Source of the DNA: Curvularia clavata
Lineage: Eukaryota
Reading direction: 5' to 3'
Length of the DNA stretch: 64,000 nt
Assembly: GCA_023920165.1 (NCBI GenBank)
Contig: CP089278.1
Span: forward strand, 1,240,001-1,304,000
This document shows positions 61,691 through 64,000 of this stretch, in pieces. The translations under genes were made by a program, and so were the position numbers. The notes beneath the pieces were generated by a model. That model did no database searches. It saw only the letters and a list, made by a program, of their open reading frames with translations, and was not told the DNA's origin. Each line of letters opens with the position of its first letter. Position 1 is the stretch's first letter.

Positions 61691-64000
61691 ATGGCGCCTG
61701 AGCGCTCCGCATCCTCGAATCCGCCCGCCGCGTCGTCCTCTCCGGCGCGAGAATCTCGCCAGAGTTCTCCAGCCGAGGCCCAGTCCATCCGCGCAAGCTC
61801 GACTGCGAGGCTGGGCTCGTCTATTCCCTCTCTACCCAACGGCTCGCCCGTCATACGCCAGATACCCACTCCCTCCCAGGTTCAGACGGCCAACTCGTCT
61901 TCCCTGCAGACGCCATTGCCTGGGCGCGCAGACCCAGATTCGTCCCTCCCTGGACCGTCCGAATCCAACCTCTCCTCCGCACTGAGGGAGTCGCTGGGAA
62001 ACTCACCTCCACGATTCGCTACGCCTCCAATACGCCCTCTCTCTCCGGCCCAGGAAGTGGCTCCTCGCGGCCCTCCCAGCAACTACGGATCTTTTGACGG
62101 CCGTGGCCGCTCACCCGTTCCTTACGAAGATCCAGAGATTGTGCGTCGCCATCTGGTAGGCCACTATGCCTCGCCCAGCAGGTCTCACCGTGGACGGATA
62201 GGCGATGACGATGCGCAGTCGACAGGCAGGAGGCTCGAGGAGGACGAGGAAGAGTTTTCAAGTCTGCAGCTCCAGGGTGGTGATATTACGCGACAGATCT
62301 ACAGGTGGAGCGAACAGCAGCAGGCCGAGGAGCAGGGCAAGATGCAGCGCAGCAAGAGCTTCCACGGCTCTCGTCGCAAGCCTGAGGACGAGGCACTGGA
62401 TATTGACTCCATCCGCCAGCCGGGTGGCTTCCGACGCAACTACATACGCAGAGCCGCGGGTAGCCCTTCACCCGCACCTGGGCCGGCTGGATATGGTACT
62501 GTTCAACAGTCTCGTCAACAGCCTCAGGTCTTTACAAGCAATTTCCTCGAGTTCCTGACCCTGTACGGCCACTTCGCTGGTGAATCACTTGAAGAGGACG
62601 ACGAGGTACTAGGGCCTGACGAGTATTTCTCGTCTGATGCGTTGGACTCTGCGGTGCAAAGCGAAGACGAAGACCGAGAATACGGCGAGTCCAGTGCTCT
62701 GCTCACACCTGGGAAGCGCAGGAGGCGCAAGCCCAAGAAGACGGGCACGGGTTCGCCTACGGGTGCGGCTCTGTTGCTCCTCAAATCTTTTGTTGGTACG
62801 GGTGTGCTCTTCCTGCCTCGAGCTTTCCTGAACGGTGGTATGCTCTTTTCCAACCTCGTGCTTCTCGCTGTGGCGGGTCTCTCGTACGCGTGCTTCGTCT
62901 TACTCGTCTCCACGCGTCTTGTGGTTGAGCACTCTTTTGGAGACATGGGCTTCCATCTCTACGGAAACTGGATGCGCAACATGATCAACTCGTCTCTTGT
63001 CATCTCGCAGATCGGTTTCTCATCGGCCTACATCGTCTTCGTCTCAGAGAACCTGCAAGCCTTTGTGCTCGCAGTGTCCAACTGCAAGACCTTCATCGAC
63101 ATCAAGTATATGATTATGATGCAAATGGTCATCTTCTTGCCTCTGTCTCTCTACCGCAACATCAACCACATCCAAAAGCTAGCCTTGGTTGCCGATCTCT
63201 TCATTCTCATGGGTCTCGTGTACCTCTACTACTACGATCTCTTCACCATTGTCGATCAAGGCGGCATCTCCGACATTGCCAGTTTCAACGCCAAAGACTG
63301 GACTCTCTTCATCGGCACCGCCATCTTCACCTTTGAAGGCATCGGTCTCATCATTCCCATCCAGACCGGCATGAAGGAGCCAAAGAAGTTCCCCAAGGTA
63401 CTGGGACTCGTCATGATCATCATCACCGTCGTTTTCCTCAGCGCCGGCGCACTTTCCTACGCCGCCTTTGGATCCAAGACCAAGACGGTCGTGCTTCTCA
63501 ATATGCCTCAGGACAACAAGTTTGTCAACGGCGTTCAGTTCATTTACTCGCTCGCCATCTTGCTCTCCACCCCGCTGCAAATCTATCCTGCCATTGAAAT
63601 CACCAGTCAGCAACTCTTCAGCCGAACCGGCAAGTACAATCCGTATGTGAAGTGGAAGAAGAACTTTTTCCGCTTCTTCATGGTGCTTGTGTGTGCTACG
63701 CTTGCCTGGGCTGGTGCTGGCGACTTGGACAAGTTTGTTAGCTTGGTGGGAAGCTTTGCTTGTATCCCGTTGGTCTTTATTTACCCTGTAAGTTTCTTCC
63801 CGAGGAAAACACCAAAGGAGACATGTCATATACTAACGCATTGCCTTCATAGCCCATGCTGCACTACCGAGCTGTTGCGCGTACAACCGTCGCTCGTGCC
63901 TTTGACGTCCTGCTATGTATCGTCGGCGCTATATGCATGGTGTACACGACCACTCTTACCGTCCAGAGCTGGATCCAGGGCGGCGCTCCAAAGGCGCCTG
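61691..64000 (+). CDS. AVT3: Vacuolar amino-acid transporter (AAAP/SLC36, Avt3/Avt4-like), 3' end runs off the window
   Basis: Missing from the ORF track because no stop falls in the window. ATG61691, then LQLQGGDITRQIYRW, PGGFRRNYI, FLEFLTLYGHFAGESL, LLLKSFVGTGVLFLPRAFLNGG, AIFTFEGIGLIIPIQ. Intron at about 63788-63852. Confidence 0.93.
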   Translation, partial: MAPERSASSNPPAASSSPARESRQSSPAEAQSIRASSTARLGSSIPSLPNGSPVIRQIPTPSQVQTANSSSLQTPLPGRADPDSSLPGPSESNLSSALRESLGNSPPRFATPPIRPLSPAQEVAPRGPPSNYGSFDGRGRSPVPYEDPEIVRRHLVGHYASPSRSHRGRIGDDDAQSTGRRLEEDEEEFSSLQLQGGDITRQIYRWSEQQQAEEQGKMQRSKSFHGSRRKPEDEALDIDSIRQPGGFRRNYIRRAAGSPSPAPGPAGYGTVQQSRQQPQVFTSNFLEFLTLYGHFAGESLEEDDEVLGPDEYFSSDALDSAVQSEDEDREYGESSALLTPGKRRRRKPKKTGTGSPTGAALLLLKSFVGTGVLFLPRAFLNGGMLFSNLVLLAVAGLSYACFVLLVSTRLVVEHSFGDMGFHLYGNWMRNMINSSLVISQIGFSSAYIVFVSENLQAFVLAVSNCKTFIDIKYMIMMQMVIFLPLSLYRNINHIQKLALVADLFILMGLVYLYYYDLFTIVDQGGISDIASFNAKDWTLFIGTAIFTFEGIGLIIPIQTGMKEPKKFPKVLGLVMIIITVVFLSAGALSYAAFGSKTKTVVLLNMPQDNKFVNGVQFIYSLAILLSTPLQIYPAIEITSQQLFSRTGKYNPYVKWKKNFFRFFMVLVCATLAWAGAGDLDKFVSLVGSFACIPLVFIYPVSFFPRKTPKETCHILTHCLHSPCCTTELLRVQPSLVPLTSCYVSSALYAWCTRPLLPSRAGSRAALQRRL

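Noticed and set aside
63179..63829. 216-aa minus-strand ORF
   Set aside because: Antisense to the clearly conserved AVT3/4-like transporter.
1..64000. tRNA, rRNA, snRNA, CRISPR arrays, transposons or RIP-degraded blocks
   Set aside because: None recognised by eye. GTTCGA hits lack cloverleaf context, and there are no transposase/RT motifs or strongly AT-rich blocks. tRNAscan-SE, cmscan and RepeatMasker are needed for a definitive negative.

Overview
Eukaryotic, intron-containing, gene-dense DNA from a filamentous ascomycete. The short GT..CTRAC..AG introns and the gene set look Dothideomycete/Pleosporales-like, which is an inference. About 24 protein-coding genes were reconstructed by hand-splicing. 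Conserved housekeeping genes: SHR3, hxB Moco sulfurase, ILM1, an M19 dipeptidase, L-LDH, ECM29, UBX5, VOA1/BIG1-like, NFX1/FAP1, RPB11, EAF1, MAK11, a VHC1-type cation-chloride cotransporter and an AVT3/4-type transporter. A more accessory stretch at about 28-42 kb holds a two-UBA-like orphan, a SnoaL-like protein, a cytochrome P450, a GH10 xylanase, a TMEM254-like protein, an FAD monooxygenase and possible gene relics. I saw no transposon, tRNA, rRNA, CRISPR array or PKS/NRPS. I cannot claim a clearly new system. The best leads are a highly structured long intron in RPB11, a ubiquitin-proteasome trio (ECM29/UBX5/UBA-like orphan), a 3.9-kb gene-free gap between convergent genes with hairpins and a strand-skew switch, and an S/T-P-rich disordered protein. 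Family assignments come from motif recognition, not database searches.
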